A DNA stretch of 64,000 nucleotides, from positions 2,491 through 66,490 of the forward strand of contig CAIMSU010000103.1 of NCBI GenBank assembly GCA_903844155.1. Reading direction: 5' to 3'. This DNA comes from an uncultured Pseudomonadota bacterium. Its GTDB lineage: Bacteria; Myxococcota_A; UBA796; SXON01. The position numbers were made by a program, and so were the translations under genes. Of the stretch, positions 46,835 through 56,421 are shown one piece after another. Positions within the stretch are counted from its first letter, which is position 1. Each line of letters starts with the position of its first letter. The notes beneath the pieces are model-generated. The model searched no databases and had not been told where the DNA came from. It worked only from the letters and a program-made list of their open reading frames with translations.

Positions 46835-49156
46835 GTGGAAGGCGAGGCGCGCCCGGGATGGGGCATCGGGGTCGCGGCGGTGTCCGCGGTCGGCCTTGGG
46901 GTGGCGGTCTACCTCACGCATCTGCACATCGAACTCTTCTACGGAAAGGGCGTTGGCGACTCGCTTTGCGACCTGTCCGCAGGATTCAACTGCTCCGCAG
47001 TGAATGGATCGCCAGAGTCGGAGATCCATGGCGTGCCGCAGTCGATCGCGGCGATCCCGATGTTCGTGGTCACCGCGCTGCTCGGGCTCTACGGGCTTCG
47101 GGGCGCCGACGCGCAGCGGCGGGTCGCACCGGTGCTCGCCGGCGTCGGCCTCCTCGCGGTGCTCTACAGCGCCCATCTCGCCTGGATCAGCGCCACGGTG
47201 ATCGGCGCGTGGTGCTTGTTCTGCATGGTGCTGTACGGCGTGAATGTCGGGCTGCTCGGGCTCGGCCTCGCGCGCTCCGGCCCCCTCTCGCGCGCGCCCA
47301 TCACGCTCGCGCTGTCGTTTGTGCGCACGCCGCTGGTCGTCGGCGGGACCACGGCGGCGTTCGCGCTCTCGTTCGCGGGGACCTGGCTGGGGTACACCCA
47401 CGTCCGGGACAGCGTCGTCGCCGAGTCGGCGAAGGCGGCTGTTGCGGCGGTCGCGGCGAGCCCAAAGCCGGCGCTGGGGAAGCCCGAGGCCGATCCGGGA
47501 AAACGAAAGATCAAGCTCGGGGTGGCGAAGGACCTCCCGGTCCCCGCGGGCGCACCTACTCGCGGACCCGCGAGCGCGAAGGTCACCATCGTCGAGTTCA
47601 GCGACTTTCAGTGCCCCTTTTGCAAGCGCCTGGCCACCACGCTGCATCAAGTGCAGGGCGAGTACCCAGACGACGTGCGGCTCGTCTACCTGCAGTTCCC
47701 GATGAACACCGACTGCTCCAAAGCGCCGCTCAAGAAGTCCCTCCATCCCAACGCCTGCCACGCGGCGGCCACCGCCGTGTGCGCGGGTCGCCAGGGGAAG
47801 TTCTGGGAGATGCACGACGCCCTTTTTGACGCCCAGGCGGACTTTGGCGACAAGGAATGGGCGGTGCTCGCGGGCGCCGTCGGCCTCGATCCCACTGCGT
47901 TCAACGCCTGTTTCGCCTCCGACGACACGCAGGCGGCCATCCTCGCGGACACCCAGGTCGGCGCCGACCTTGGGGCCAGCGGGACCCCGACCTTCTTCGT
48001 GAATGGCCGGCAGTTGACCGGCGCCCAGCCGATCGAGGTCATCCGCGCGGTCATCGACGCAGAGCTCGCCGGGAACAAAGCGGCGCTGGATCTCGATGTC
48101 GCGATCGGCACCGAGACGACCGGGCCCGTGACCGTCGGCACCGACCCCGTCGCCGTCCCCGGCACAAGCGCCACGATCGATGCCCTTGAGGCCTCGCTCG
48201 ATGGCAACCGCGCCGTGAGCAAGGCAGGGGCGGTGCCCGCTCGGAGCGTCTCCTGGTACGACGCTGACACGGCCTGCAAGGCGGCTGGAAAGCGCCTCTG
48301 CACCGAGAAGGAGTGGTTGTCGGCATGCACCGGCGCCACCCCGATCGACAGCGACCGCAACGGCGTGTTTTCCGACGACGATCAGGGCGGCAGGGCCTAC
48401 GGCTACGTTGGTGACCGGCTCTCCGGGGCCTGCGCCGACTCCCGGAACCCGGACGCCGTCGGGGAGCTGGTGACGGGAAACCACCCGAAGTGCGGTACGC
48501 CCGAGGGCGTCTACGACCTTGTTGGCGGTGTCAAGGAGTGGGTGGGGCTGACACCGGGAACCGCAGCCACCAAGGGCGGCTCGTATTCGTCCGGCGATTC
48601 CGCGCGATGTGGCTACTACCGCGACGACATCGCGCCGGAGACGAAGGACCCTGCCACCGGCTTTCGCTGCTGCAGCGGCCCCGCGGACCCACCACCGACC
48701 GAAGCGCGCCCCGGTCGGGATGTCGGCGAAAAGATCGATGCGCTCTCGCTCCCGCTCGTCGGTGGCGGCAAGGTCACCACCCGATCCCTCGGCGGCCACC
48801 CAGCGATCGTCACGTTCTGGGCAACCTGGTGCGCTCCCTGCCAGAAGGAGATGCCGGCCCTCGCCGCGCTCTACACCGCCCACAAGGCCGATGGCCTGCA
48901 GATCCTCGCCGTCTCCGTCGACAAGGACGAGGCCAAACTCACGGCATGGCTGTCGGCTCATCCGATGCCCTTCCCGATCGCACGCGACCCCGATGGCGCG
49001 ATCCTCAACACGTTCTCGAATCGCGGGCTGCCGACGACCCTGTGGGTCAAACGTGACGGGACAATTCGGCTTCGCACCACCGGGATTCCACCGGGTGCGG
49101 AGAAGCGGCTGGGCGAGCTGGTCGATGAACTGCTCGCCAGCGGCACTGCGGGGTGA
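46835..49156 (+). CDS. VKOR-DsbA-FGE/SUMF1-TlpA fusion protein
   Basis: CDLSAGFNC and WCLFC; EFSDFQCPFC and GTPTFF; RLCTEKEW, GVYDL.G.V.EW, GFRCC; FWATWCAPC. Confidence 0.9.
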   Translation: MEGEARPGWGIGVAAVSAVGLGVAVYLTHLHIELFYGKGVGDSLCDLSAGFNCSAVNGSPESEIHGVPQSIAAIPMFVVTALLGLYGLRGADAQRRVAPVLAGVGLLAVLYSAHLAWISATVIGAWCLFCMVLYGVNVGLLGLGLARSGPLSRAPITLALSFVRTPLVVGGTTAAFALSFAGTWLGYTHVRDSVVAESAKAAVAAVAASPKPALGKPEADPGKRKIKLGVAKDLPVPAGAPTRGPASAKVTIVEFSDFQCPFCKRLATTLHQVQGEYPDDVRLVYLQFPMNTDCSKAPLKKSLHPNACHAAATAVCAGRQGKFWEMHDALFDAQADFGDKEWAVLAGAVGLDPTAFNACFASDDTQAAILADTQVGADLGASGTPTFFVNGRQLTGAQPIEVIRAVIDAELAGNKAALDLDVAIGTETTGPVTVGTDPVAVPGTSATIDALEASLDGNRAVSKAGAVPARSVSWYDADTACKAAGKRLCTEKEWLSACTGATPIDSDRNGVFSDDDQGGRAYGYVGDRLSGACADSRNPDAVGELVTGNHPKCGTPEGVYDLVGGVKEWVGLTPGTAATKGGSYSSGDSARCGYYRDDIAPETKDPATGFRCCSGPADPPPTEARPGRDVGEKIDALSLPLVGGGKVTTRSLGGHPAIVTFWATWCAPCQKEMPALAALYTAHKADGLQILAVSVDKDEAKLTAWLSAHPMPFPIARDPDGAILNTFSNRGLPTTLWVKRDGTIRLRTTGIPPGAEKRLGELVDELLASGTAG

Positions 49157-50388
49157 CCTCCCGCCCCGTCCCGGTCGCGGTTCTCGGCACGGTCCTGGTC
49201 ACCGTACCGCTCACCGCGCTGGCCACGCTCTGGTGGACGGCTCGGCCACGTCCCACCGACGCGCCCATCGTTGCCTCGAGCGTGCCGCCGACGGCTTCCC
49301 GCTCGGACCCTGCCCGCACCGATCCCCCGAAGCCGGCCGCAGCCGACCCGCCGGCTCTCGCACAGGCGGTCGACCCACCCCGGCTTGTGCGTACTGACAT
49401 CGCCGCCTGGGCCGCCGGCGCCCGTCGCGTCGCCGCGACCGACCTCGATGGGGACGGCGACTCGGAGATCGCGCTCGTCGGCGCCGACGTCACGGTGGTG
49501 ACCAGCACAGGTCAGGCCCTCGCCACGACGCCCGCGGCCGGCGGCATCAACGTACTCGAGGGCTTCGGGGGCGCGTTCTACGCGGGGTGGGGCCGCGACA
49601 AGGACGCGCCGAACGCGAGCGCCAGCATCGTCCGATACACCCTCCGCCAACGTGCCCTGAGCGCCGAGACGGTCGTCGCCCCGACGACGACACGGCCCCA
49701 GATCGTCGCCATCTCCCCAGCCAAGCCCGCCGGACTCCTGTTGGCGTGGTTCAGCGACAAGTACGGCGTGACGGCAGTCCGAGGTTCGCAAAGCGCGAAG
49801 CGCGCGCCCTGGACGCTGACCTCCGCCGCCGCCACGAGGACCGCCCCCGTATGGCTCTCGACCGACCTCGACGGCGACGGTGTCGACGACCTCGTCTACG
49901 GCAGGACCTACGGGGACGCGGTCGGGTCCAGCGGCGACGCCTGGGTCGTGCGTAGCGCTGGCGGCGACAAGGTCGCAATTCCGACGACCGGCGGGGTGCG
50001 GGCCGGCTGCCTGGCCGACACCGACGGCGACGGCAGGCCCGAGGTCGTCCTCGCCGACGGCTGGGACAAGGACTACGGGCACCTTGCGAAGGCCGAGATC
50101 CGGCTCGTGACCTGGGTAAACGGCGCGGTGCAGAGCGTCGTTCTCGACCGCAGCCCCGGCGACTACGACGTGACCCGCCTGCTCGCAGCCGACCTCGACG
50201 GGGATGGGAAACAGGAGATCCTCGCCGTGACCAACACGAAGCTCAGGGTGATCAGCCGCCGAGGGAGCGGCTGGGTGGCGTGGGACGCGGCGTCGGGTAC
50301 GGTCGACGCCGCCGTCGCCCTCGGACGGGGCGGGCCGACGGTCGTCGCAATCGGTCCGAAGCCGGAGGCGCTTGTGATCGGCAGGTGA
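49153..50388 (+). CDS. FG-GAP/VCBS repeat protein
   Basis: Four D(L/T)DGDG repeats; N-terminal TM segment. Confidence 0.85.
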   Translation: MTSRPVPVAVLGTVLVTVPLTALATLWWTARPRPTDAPIVASSVPPTASRSDPARTDPPKPAAADPPALAQAVDPPRLVRTDIAAWAAGARRVAATDLDGDGDSEIALVGADVTVVTSTGQALATTPAAGGINVLEGFGGAFYAGWGRDKDAPNASASIVRYTLRQRALSAETVVAPTTTRPQIVAISPAKPAGLLLAWFSDKYGVTAVRGSQSAKRAPWTLTSAAATRTAPVWLSTDLDGDGVDDLVYGRTYGDAVGSSGDAWVVRSAGGDKVAIPTTGGVRAGCLADTDGDGRPEVVLADGWDKDYGHLAKAEIRLVTWVNGAVQSVVLDRSPGDYDVTRLLAADLDGDGKQEILAVTNTKLRVISRRGSGWVAWDAASGTVDAAVALGRGGPTVVAIGPKPEALVIGR

Positions 50389-50529
50389 CAGGCGAGCTTC
50401 TGCGAGTGCGCTGCCGTTGGGGTGCGTTGCCCTATAAATCAATGAAGCGTCATTATCGTCACCCGGTGTCAAATGATTCTGGAAATACCATCGGAGGGGC
50501 CCCCGTGGGAACGCCTTCGGGTACACTGA

Positions 50530-51867
50530 GTGCCTGATTGGGAGCGTCCGTTGCTCGTCGTGGTGGTCAGTCCGGACTTCGAGCTCGGCCGGGTGCTGAC
50601 CACCCTGCTGGCGGGAGACGGCTGTGCCATCACCGCCTGCGCGGGTGCCGTTCAGGCCCTCGAACTCCCCGAATCGACGACGGCGCTGGCGCTGGTGATC
50701 GACGGCCGGGCGGACGCCGAGGCGTTGTCGCTGGTGTCGGAGCTCCGACGTCGAGGGACGCTCCGGGAGGGGGCGCCGGTCGTCTTCGTGTGCGCGGTTG
50801 TGGACGATTGGGCGGAAATCGCCCGGATCCGCGGGAGACTGGTGGTCAGGCCAGCGAGCCTGCTTGACGTCGCAGAGCTCCTGAGGTGCGCGATCCCCAC
50901 CCGCCGGGCCGATGATCCGCTTCGGAGCCGCCCGCCGCCCACCGCACGTCGCGGCGAGGCCCTCGCCAACGCACGGCGCCTCATGCGGTGGTGGGCGACG
51001 CGGGCCACCGGGGTTCTCTGTGTGGAGGGCCGCGCGGACGGCTGGTTCCTGCTTTCGCAGGGCGGACCGGTGGGTCCGGACGGTCTCGCGGCCATCGACC
51101 ACGCGCTCGCGGGAGCGGACGTCACGCTTGACCGGTGCGAGGTCGACGAGCCCGGCGACCGGGGCGCGCTCGGACGCCGGCTCTGGAGCGCGGCGCGAGA
51201 CGCCGTCGCGGGAGAGTCGGTCATCTCCCTCATCCCGGCGCAGAACGGACTCACTCGGGCCGCGTTCGGCTTGCCGCTCTCGCCCGAAACACGCCGATGC
51301 ATCGAGCGGCTGGGAGGGGTCAGCGTGGAGCGACTCGCGCGCCGCGAGCGCGCCTCTGTGGCCGAGGTCGCGGCGGATTTCGCCGCCCTGCGCTGGCTTG
51401 GGGTGATCGGCCTCCGCGACCCGATGACGCCCCCGGTGGACGTGGACGTGGACACGCCGTCCGAGCACCCGGTCCCCACCGAGGTCGAGGTCGCCATGGA
51501 TGCCCCCTCGCCATCGCCCCAGGGACGGCAGGCAACGGGCATCATCCTCGATCGCCTCGTGCGAGACGGCATCGACGCGGTCTCCCGGGCCGACTGGCGA
51601 CGCGCCGACGAGCTGCTCTCCCGCGCCCGCCGAACCGCGCCCGAGAACCCGATCGTGGCGGCCCACCTCGGCTGGGCGCGGTTTCACAACCCGGACATCG
51701 CAGCAGCGAGGCGTGCCAGCGAAGGCACGGACCTGGTCGAACTGGCGCTCCAGATCGACGCCGATTGCGCTCTCGCCTGGCGGTACTGCGGGGAGCTCGC
51801 GACGCTCCGCGGAGACGTTGCGCTCGCGGCTCGGTGCTTTGGGACGGCGCTCAAGCTCCTCTCGTAG
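50530..51867 (+). CDS. Hypothetical protein with pseudo-receiver-like N-terminus and TPR C-terminus
   Basis: ATGVL.V central motif (DUF4388-like); AHLGWARF and ALQID TPR-like tail. Confidence 0.6.
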   Translation: MPDWERPLLVVVVSPDFELGRVLTTLLAGDGCAITACAGAVQALELPESTTALALVIDGRADAEALSLVSELRRRGTLREGAPVVFVCAVVDDWAEIARIRGRLVVRPASLLDVAELLRCAIPTRRADDPLRSRPPPTARRGEALANARRLMRWWATRATGVLCVEGRADGWFLLSQGGPVGPDGLAAIDHALAGADVTLDRCEVDEPGDRGALGRRLWSAARDAVAGESVISLIPAQNGLTRAAFGLPLSPETRRCIERLGGVSVERLARRERASVAEVAADFAALRWLGVIGLRDPMTPPVDVDVDTPSEHPVPTEVEVAMDAPSPSPQGRQATGIILDRLVRDGIDAVSRADWRRADELLSRARRTAPENPIVAAHLGWARFHNPDIAAARRASEGTDLVELALQIDADCALAWRYCGELATLRGDVALAARCFGTALKLLS

Positions 51868-51927
51868 GGTGGCGCCGGCCGAGGTTGGAGGCCAGCGGTA
51901 CCGGGCGCAAGGCGATACCGTGGCGCT

Positions 51928-53271
51928 GTGACCCAGACCGCCGCCTCCCCCGCACTGCTCCTGGACATGAACGCGCGTCAATGGCGCGTGGTCGGCGCCG
52001 CCTGGCTCGGGTGGGGCTTCGACGTGTTCGATGCCTTGCTCTTCAACTACGTTGCTGCAAACTGCATCGCGAGCCTCCTCCATCTGCAGCTCGGCACCCC
52101 GGAGGCCAAGTCGGCGGCGCTTTTTTGGACGGGCGTGGCGTCCAGCGTGTTGCTGCTCGGTTCGGCCGCCGGCGGCATCTTGTTCGGGCGCGTTGCTGAC
52201 CGCGTGGGTCGAAGCCGGACGATGATCGGCACCATGGTGCTGTACGCCATCGGGACGGCGGCGTGCGCGTTCGCGCCAAACATCTGGGTGTTGCTCCTTT
52301 GTCGCGTGGTGTCGGCGCTCGGCATCGGGGGCGAGTGGGCCGCCGGTGCTTCCATGGTGGCTGAGGCCGTCCCCGAGAAGCGCCGACTCGAGGCGGGCGC
52401 CTTGCTCTACTCCTCGGCGCCGTTGGGGCTTTTCCTTGCGACGTTCGTGAACTGGCTGGTCGCCGGCGTGCTGATGCCCGGGGATCCCGGCAACTCCTGG
52501 CGGTGGGTTTTCGCATTTGGCATTCTGCCGGCGCTCGTCGCCATCGGCGTCAGGCGGGGGATCCACGAGCCCAATCGGTTCCAGCAGGTCGTGGCGAGCG
52601 CGCCGCGGCAGGCCAGCTTCGGCGAGCTCTTCAGCCCGGCCTGGCGGCGGGCCACGTTTTCCGGACTCGCCATGGCGATCACCGCGATGTTGACCTGGTG
52701 GGCGTGCAACGCCTTCATCCCGTTGGTCGCGGGCGGGGTCGGTGGCCGAGCCGCCGCCGCCGCTGGCCTGACCGGCGCCGCTCAGCAGGCGATGATCGAG
52801 GGGTCCAAGACGATGGCGACCAACCTCTTCAATCTGGGTGGGCTCGTCGGTACGTTCGTCACGGTGCCGATCGCCAAGCGGCTCGGGCGCCGCTGGATGT
52901 ACGGGATCTACTTCTCGCTCTCGGCGCTCGCGCTGCTCGCCGCCTTCGCCGTCCAGTGGCCCGAAAATGTGCAAATCTACCTGTACTTTCCGGTCGGCAT
53001 GACGGTTTTCGGCGTGTTCGGCAGCTTCACGTACTACCTCCCAGAGCTCTTCCCCACGCGGCTGCGGGGCACCGGCGCGGGCTTCTGCTACAACGCCGGC
53101 CGAGTCGTGGCGGCGGTCGGGCCGTTCGTGGTCGGCTCGGTCGCGTCGCGCGGTACGGACGCCCTGGTCACCGCGTTCCACCTGCTCAGTGGCGTGGCCG
53201 TCGTCCCACTCCTGGGGTTGCTGGCGCTCCCGTGGGTCCTGGAGACCAGGGGGCGGGAGCTCGCCGACTGA
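51928..53271 (+). CDS. MFS transporter
   Basis: GWGFD, GRVADRVGR, GIGGEW, ELFPTRLRG. Confidence 0.95.
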   Translation: MTQTAASPALLLDMNARQWRVVGAAWLGWGFDVFDALLFNYVAANCIASLLHLQLGTPEAKSAALFWTGVASSVLLLGSAAGGILFGRVADRVGRSRTMIGTMVLYAIGTAACAFAPNIWVLLLCRVVSALGIGGEWAAGASMVAEAVPEKRRLEAGALLYSSAPLGLFLATFVNWLVAGVLMPGDPGNSWRWVFAFGILPALVAIGVRRGIHEPNRFQQVVASAPRQASFGELFSPAWRRATFSGLAMAITAMLTWWACNAFIPLVAGGVGGRAAAAAGLTGAAQQAMIEGSKTMATNLFNLGGLVGTFVTVPIAKRLGRRWMYGIYFSLSALALLAAFAVQWPENVQIYLYFPVGMTVFGVFGSFTYYLPELFPTRLRGTGAGFCYNAGRVVAAVGPFVVGSVASRGTDALVTAFHLLSGVAVVPLLGLLALPWVLETRGRELAD

Positions 53272-53315
53272 ACGCTGGACGCGGACTGCTTCCGCGGCCC
53301 ACGGCGCCGCCCGCG

Positions 53316-53588
53316 CTAGCTGAAGAGCCGCCCCCACTCCATCCGCAGCAAGTCGGCTTGCTCCGGGCGCATGTCCCGCTCGTGGTCGAACAGCCACTCC
53401 GCGAGCCGCCGGCGCAGGTCCTCGTAGCTGATCTGGACCTCGGCGCGACGCTTGGACACGAGCTCGTGGGTGATCGCGTCCAGCGCCCGCGAGTCGATGT
53501 GCTGGAGGTCCCGCAGCAGGGCGAGCAGGTCGGCCGCTCGGGGCTCGAACAGGAGATGCTGGGCAGGGGCGAGGCGAGGCGTCATCAC
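53316..53588 (-). CDS. Smg/DUF494-like small protein (C-terminal half only)
   Basis: Directly downstream of dprA; helical pattern recalls the Smg C-terminus. Confidence 0.55.
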   Translation of the reverse strand: MMTPRLAPAQHLLFEPRAADLLALLRDLQHIDSRALDAITHELVSKRRAEVQISYEDLRRRLAEWLFDHERDMRPEQADLLRMEWGRLFS

Positions 53589-53597
53589 GGTTTCCTA

Positions 53598-54623
53598 TCA
53601 TGGCCGACCCGACGGCACGAAGCGGTTGCCTGCGACCCGCTGCGCCCGACCCTGCAGGACCAGGCCCACGAGGGCCGCGGTGACCTCGCCAAAGGGCATG
53701 CCTGTCGTCGCCATCACCCCCTCGGCTGTGTTGCCGACGCCCAGCGCTGCCGCCACGGCGTCGGTCTGGTCGGAAGGGTCCCGTCCGGGTGGAGGTGCCC
53801 CGCTGCGCGCCAGGGAGGCGGCCTGGAGCACTGTGTCCCGCCCGCGCACCATCGTCGCGCCGTCCTCGATCAGGTCGAGGCAACCGGCGCTGGCGGGCGC
53901 CCCCAGCGGCCCGGGGACGGCCAGCACCTCCTTCCCCAGCCGAAGCGCGTGACCCGCCGTGCCCTTCGCCCCGCTTCGGTGTCCCGCTTCAACGACCACA
54001 ACGGCGCGCGCAAGCCCTGCGACGATGCGATTCCGCACGGGAAACGTCCACACATCGGCGGGAAGTCCTGGCGGGAATTCGCTGACGACCAGGCCCCCAT
54101 CGGAGAGCACGCGCGCCCGGAGCGTCGCCTGCCAGTGCGGCATCGGGCTGTCCAGCCCCTGCCCGAGCACCGCGACGGTCGCGCCGGGAGCGGCGAGGTG
54201 CGCCTCCCGATCGATACCGCGCGCCAGTCCGCTCACCACGACGCCGCCCGCGACCGCGACCGCCCGCGCGAGATCGCGCGCCTGCTCAAGCCCGTACGGG
54301 GTGCACGCCCGGGCCCCGACCACTGCGACTGCGGGGCGGGTGAGCAACGACCGATCCCCCTCAGTCGTCAGCAACACCGGGGCGAAGGGCTGTCCGATGA
54401 GGGCGCCAGGCCACTCGGCGTCGGTCGGGACCAGGGCCCGAGGGTCAGACTCCGGGACACGGAGCAGCTTCAGGAGATCAAATGGCAGCCCCGCCACGGC
54501 CCATGCCGCTGGGGTGGCCGAGGCCGCAGCCGCAACCCCGCCGAGGGTGGCGATGACCCCCCAAAGGTCGACACGAGCGGCCGCCGCGGCGAGGCCGGCC
54601 CAGGGAAAGCGAGATGTACACAT
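53598..54623 (-). CDS. dprA: DNA-processing protein DprA
   Basis: AVVGAR, VSGLARGID..AH, FPVRNRIVAGL, VVEA..SG. Confidence 0.95.
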   Translation of the reverse strand: MCTSRFPWAGLAAAAARVDLWGVIATLGGVAAAASATPAAWAVAGLPFDLLKLLRVPESDPRALVPTDAEWPGALIGQPFAPVLLTTEGDRSLLTRPAVAVVGARACTPYGLEQARDLARAVAVAGGVVVSGLARGIDREAHLAAPGATVAVLGQGLDSPMPHWQATLRARVLSDGGLVVSEFPPGLPADVWTFPVRNRIVAGLARAVVVVEAGHRSGAKGTAGHALRLGKEVLAVPGPLGAPASAGCLDLIEDGATMVRGRDTVLQAASLARSGAPPPGRDPSDQTDAVAAALGVGNTAEGVMATTGMPFGEVTAALVGLVLQGRAQRVAGNRFVPSGRP

Positions 54624-54760
54624 TGCCGGACTTCCAGACGGAAGCATGCGGTCGGCCAAGGAAAGGTAGCACGCGCTGTACATCCGTCAAGGAAATTCGG
54701 CGGCGCCGTGGCGGCCGTTCCCGCCGTGGCCGCGATACATGACCTCGATCTGGAGCATTC

Positions 54761-55516
54761 ATGACCACCCGCCGCGATCTTCTTGTTGGTGCCTCTGCCC
54801 TCGTCGCCCTCGCATCCACCCTCCCCGCGAATGCGGCGGACAAGCCCGCTGCAACAGGCGCAGCCACGCCTGCCAGCGGCGACAAGGCCGCCACCGACAA
54901 GCCCGCTGCGCCGACCGGTCCCTTCACCCTGGCCCCCCTGCCGTTCGCCGATACGGACCTTGTCCCCTACATTTCGCAGAACACCCTGTCGTACCACTAC
55001 GGGAAGCATCACACAGGCTACGTCACGAAGCTCAACGAGCTGTACGTCGGAAACGAGAGCCTCGGCACGACGACAGAGGCGGTCGCGAAGGCAACGTTCG
55101 GCGACAAGGACAAGAAGCCGCTGTACAACAACGCGGCGCAGGCCTGGAACCACGCGTTCCTGTGGAACAGCATGAAGAAAGGGGGCGGCGGCTTCCCAAC
55201 CTCGGGCAAGTTCGCCGACGCGATGAAGGCCGCGTTCACGGACTCGGATGGCTGGAAGAAGGCATTCAAGGAGGCCGCGACGACCCAGTTCGGCAGCGGG
55301 TGGGCCTGGCTCATCGCCAAGGACGGGAAGCTCTCGGTCATGCACACGGCGAACGCCGACAGCCCCCAGTGGACCGGCGAGGGCACCCCGCTGCTCGTGC
55401 TCGACGTCTGGGAACACGCCTACTACCTGGATTACCAGAACAAGCGCCCCGACTATGTGGCCGCGTTTCTGGACCACCTCGCCAACTTCGACTTCGCGGC
55501 GAAGAACTTCGGGTAG
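54761..55516 (+). CDS. sodB: Fe/Mn superoxide dismutase with Tat signal
   Basis: TRRDLL; HYGKHH.GY, NNAAQAWNH, FGSGWAWL, DVWEHAYY. Confidence 0.93.
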   Translation: MTTRRDLLVGASALVALASTLPANAADKPAATGAATPASGDKAATDKPAAPTGPFTLAPLPFADTDLVPYISQNTLSYHYGKHHTGYVTKLNELYVGNESLGTTTEAVAKATFGDKDKKPLYNNAAQAWNHAFLWNSMKKGGGGFPTSGKFADAMKAAFTDSDGWKKAFKEAATTQFGSGWAWLIAKDGKLSVMHTANADSPQWTGEGTPLLVLDVWEHAYYLDYQNKRPDYVAAFLDHLANFDFAAKNFG

Positions 55517-55523
55517 ACCAGGA

Positions 55524-56420
55524 CTACGGTCGGGACGGGACGGCGTCGTCGGGGGGCTTTGCCGCGGTCCGGATGCCGTCCAAAGCGGCGTAGGCCAGCA
55601 CACCGACCGCCGATGCGTCGCGCCAGCGGACGGCCCGCGCCACGGCGATCGCGCCAAAAGTCAGCGTGAACGGGAGTAGTCCAGCAAACCCCCGATGCTT
55701 GCGGACGTAGTAGCCGGTCGACCGGAAGCGCCAACGTTCGGCCCGCAACGCATCCTCAACGCGCACCCCGCCCGTCAGAGCGGAGAGATGCACCAGCTCC
55801 GCGCGCGGCTCGAAGATGAGCGTCCATCCTGCCTTTCGCACACGGTGCGAGTAGTCGGTGTCTTCCAGGAGCGCAGTCCCTGAGTAGTGCCGATCAAAGC
55901 CGCCAACCTGGACGACGGCAGCGCGGCGGTAGCTCATGTTCGCACCCTTCAACGATGGGATTTCCATCCTCGCCGTCCCCCAAAGGTTCGTCATCGTCCG
56001 CCCGCCTGGGGAGATGTGGGAGGCGGTAACGGTAGAGTTCGGCCGCACCGAGCGCTCCACGATGCGCCCCGTGACACCGCCAACCGTCGGGTCTGCGTAG
56101 ACGTCGAGGTGCGCGTTCAGAAAGTCCGGGTGCAGGAGGATGACGTCGTCGTCCAGAAAAAGGAGGATGTCGGCGGTAGCCCGCGCGATCGCCTCATTGC
56201 GCGCGTTCGGGAGTCCGCGCACAGGGAGATGCGTGTAGTGGAGCCGAGGATCGCGTTGCTCGTCGCAGAAATGCAGGGTGTCGGCGGCCAGTTCGGCGTC
56301 CGACTGGTCGACTACCCAGACCTCGATGTCCCGTAACGTTTGGGCCAGCACCTGCCGAATGGTGTCATGCAGCAGCTTCCCACGGTTCAACGTCGGGATC
56401 AGGACCGAAAGTGCCGGCAT
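55524..56420 (-). CDS. GT2 glycosyltransferase
   Basis: SVLIPT, VVD, ARN, FLDDD, GANMS, EDTD. Confidence 0.93.
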   Translation of the reverse strand: MPALSVLIPTLNRGKLLHDTIRQVLAQTLRDIEVWVVDQSDAELAADTLHFCDEQRDPRLHYTHLPVRGLPNARNEAIARATADILLFLDDDVILLHPDFLNAHLDVYADPTVGGVTGRIVERSVRPNSTVTASHISPGGRTMTNLWGTARMEIPSLKGANMSYRRAAVVQVGGFDRHYSGTALLEDTDYSHRVRKAGWTLIFEPRAELVHLSALTGGVRVEDALRAERWRFRSTGYYVRKHRGFAGLLPFTLTFGAIAVARAVRWRDASAVGVLAYAALDGIRTAAKPPDDAVPSRP

Positions 56421-56421
56421 C

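Noticed and set aside
50420-50490. AT-rich patch as a defined promoter
   Set aside because: Probably regulatory, but I could not assign a convincing -35/-10 pair
46193-53883. 922-aa and 1641-aa minus-strand ORFs
   Set aside because: Antisense shadows of the redox, FG-GAP and MFS genes
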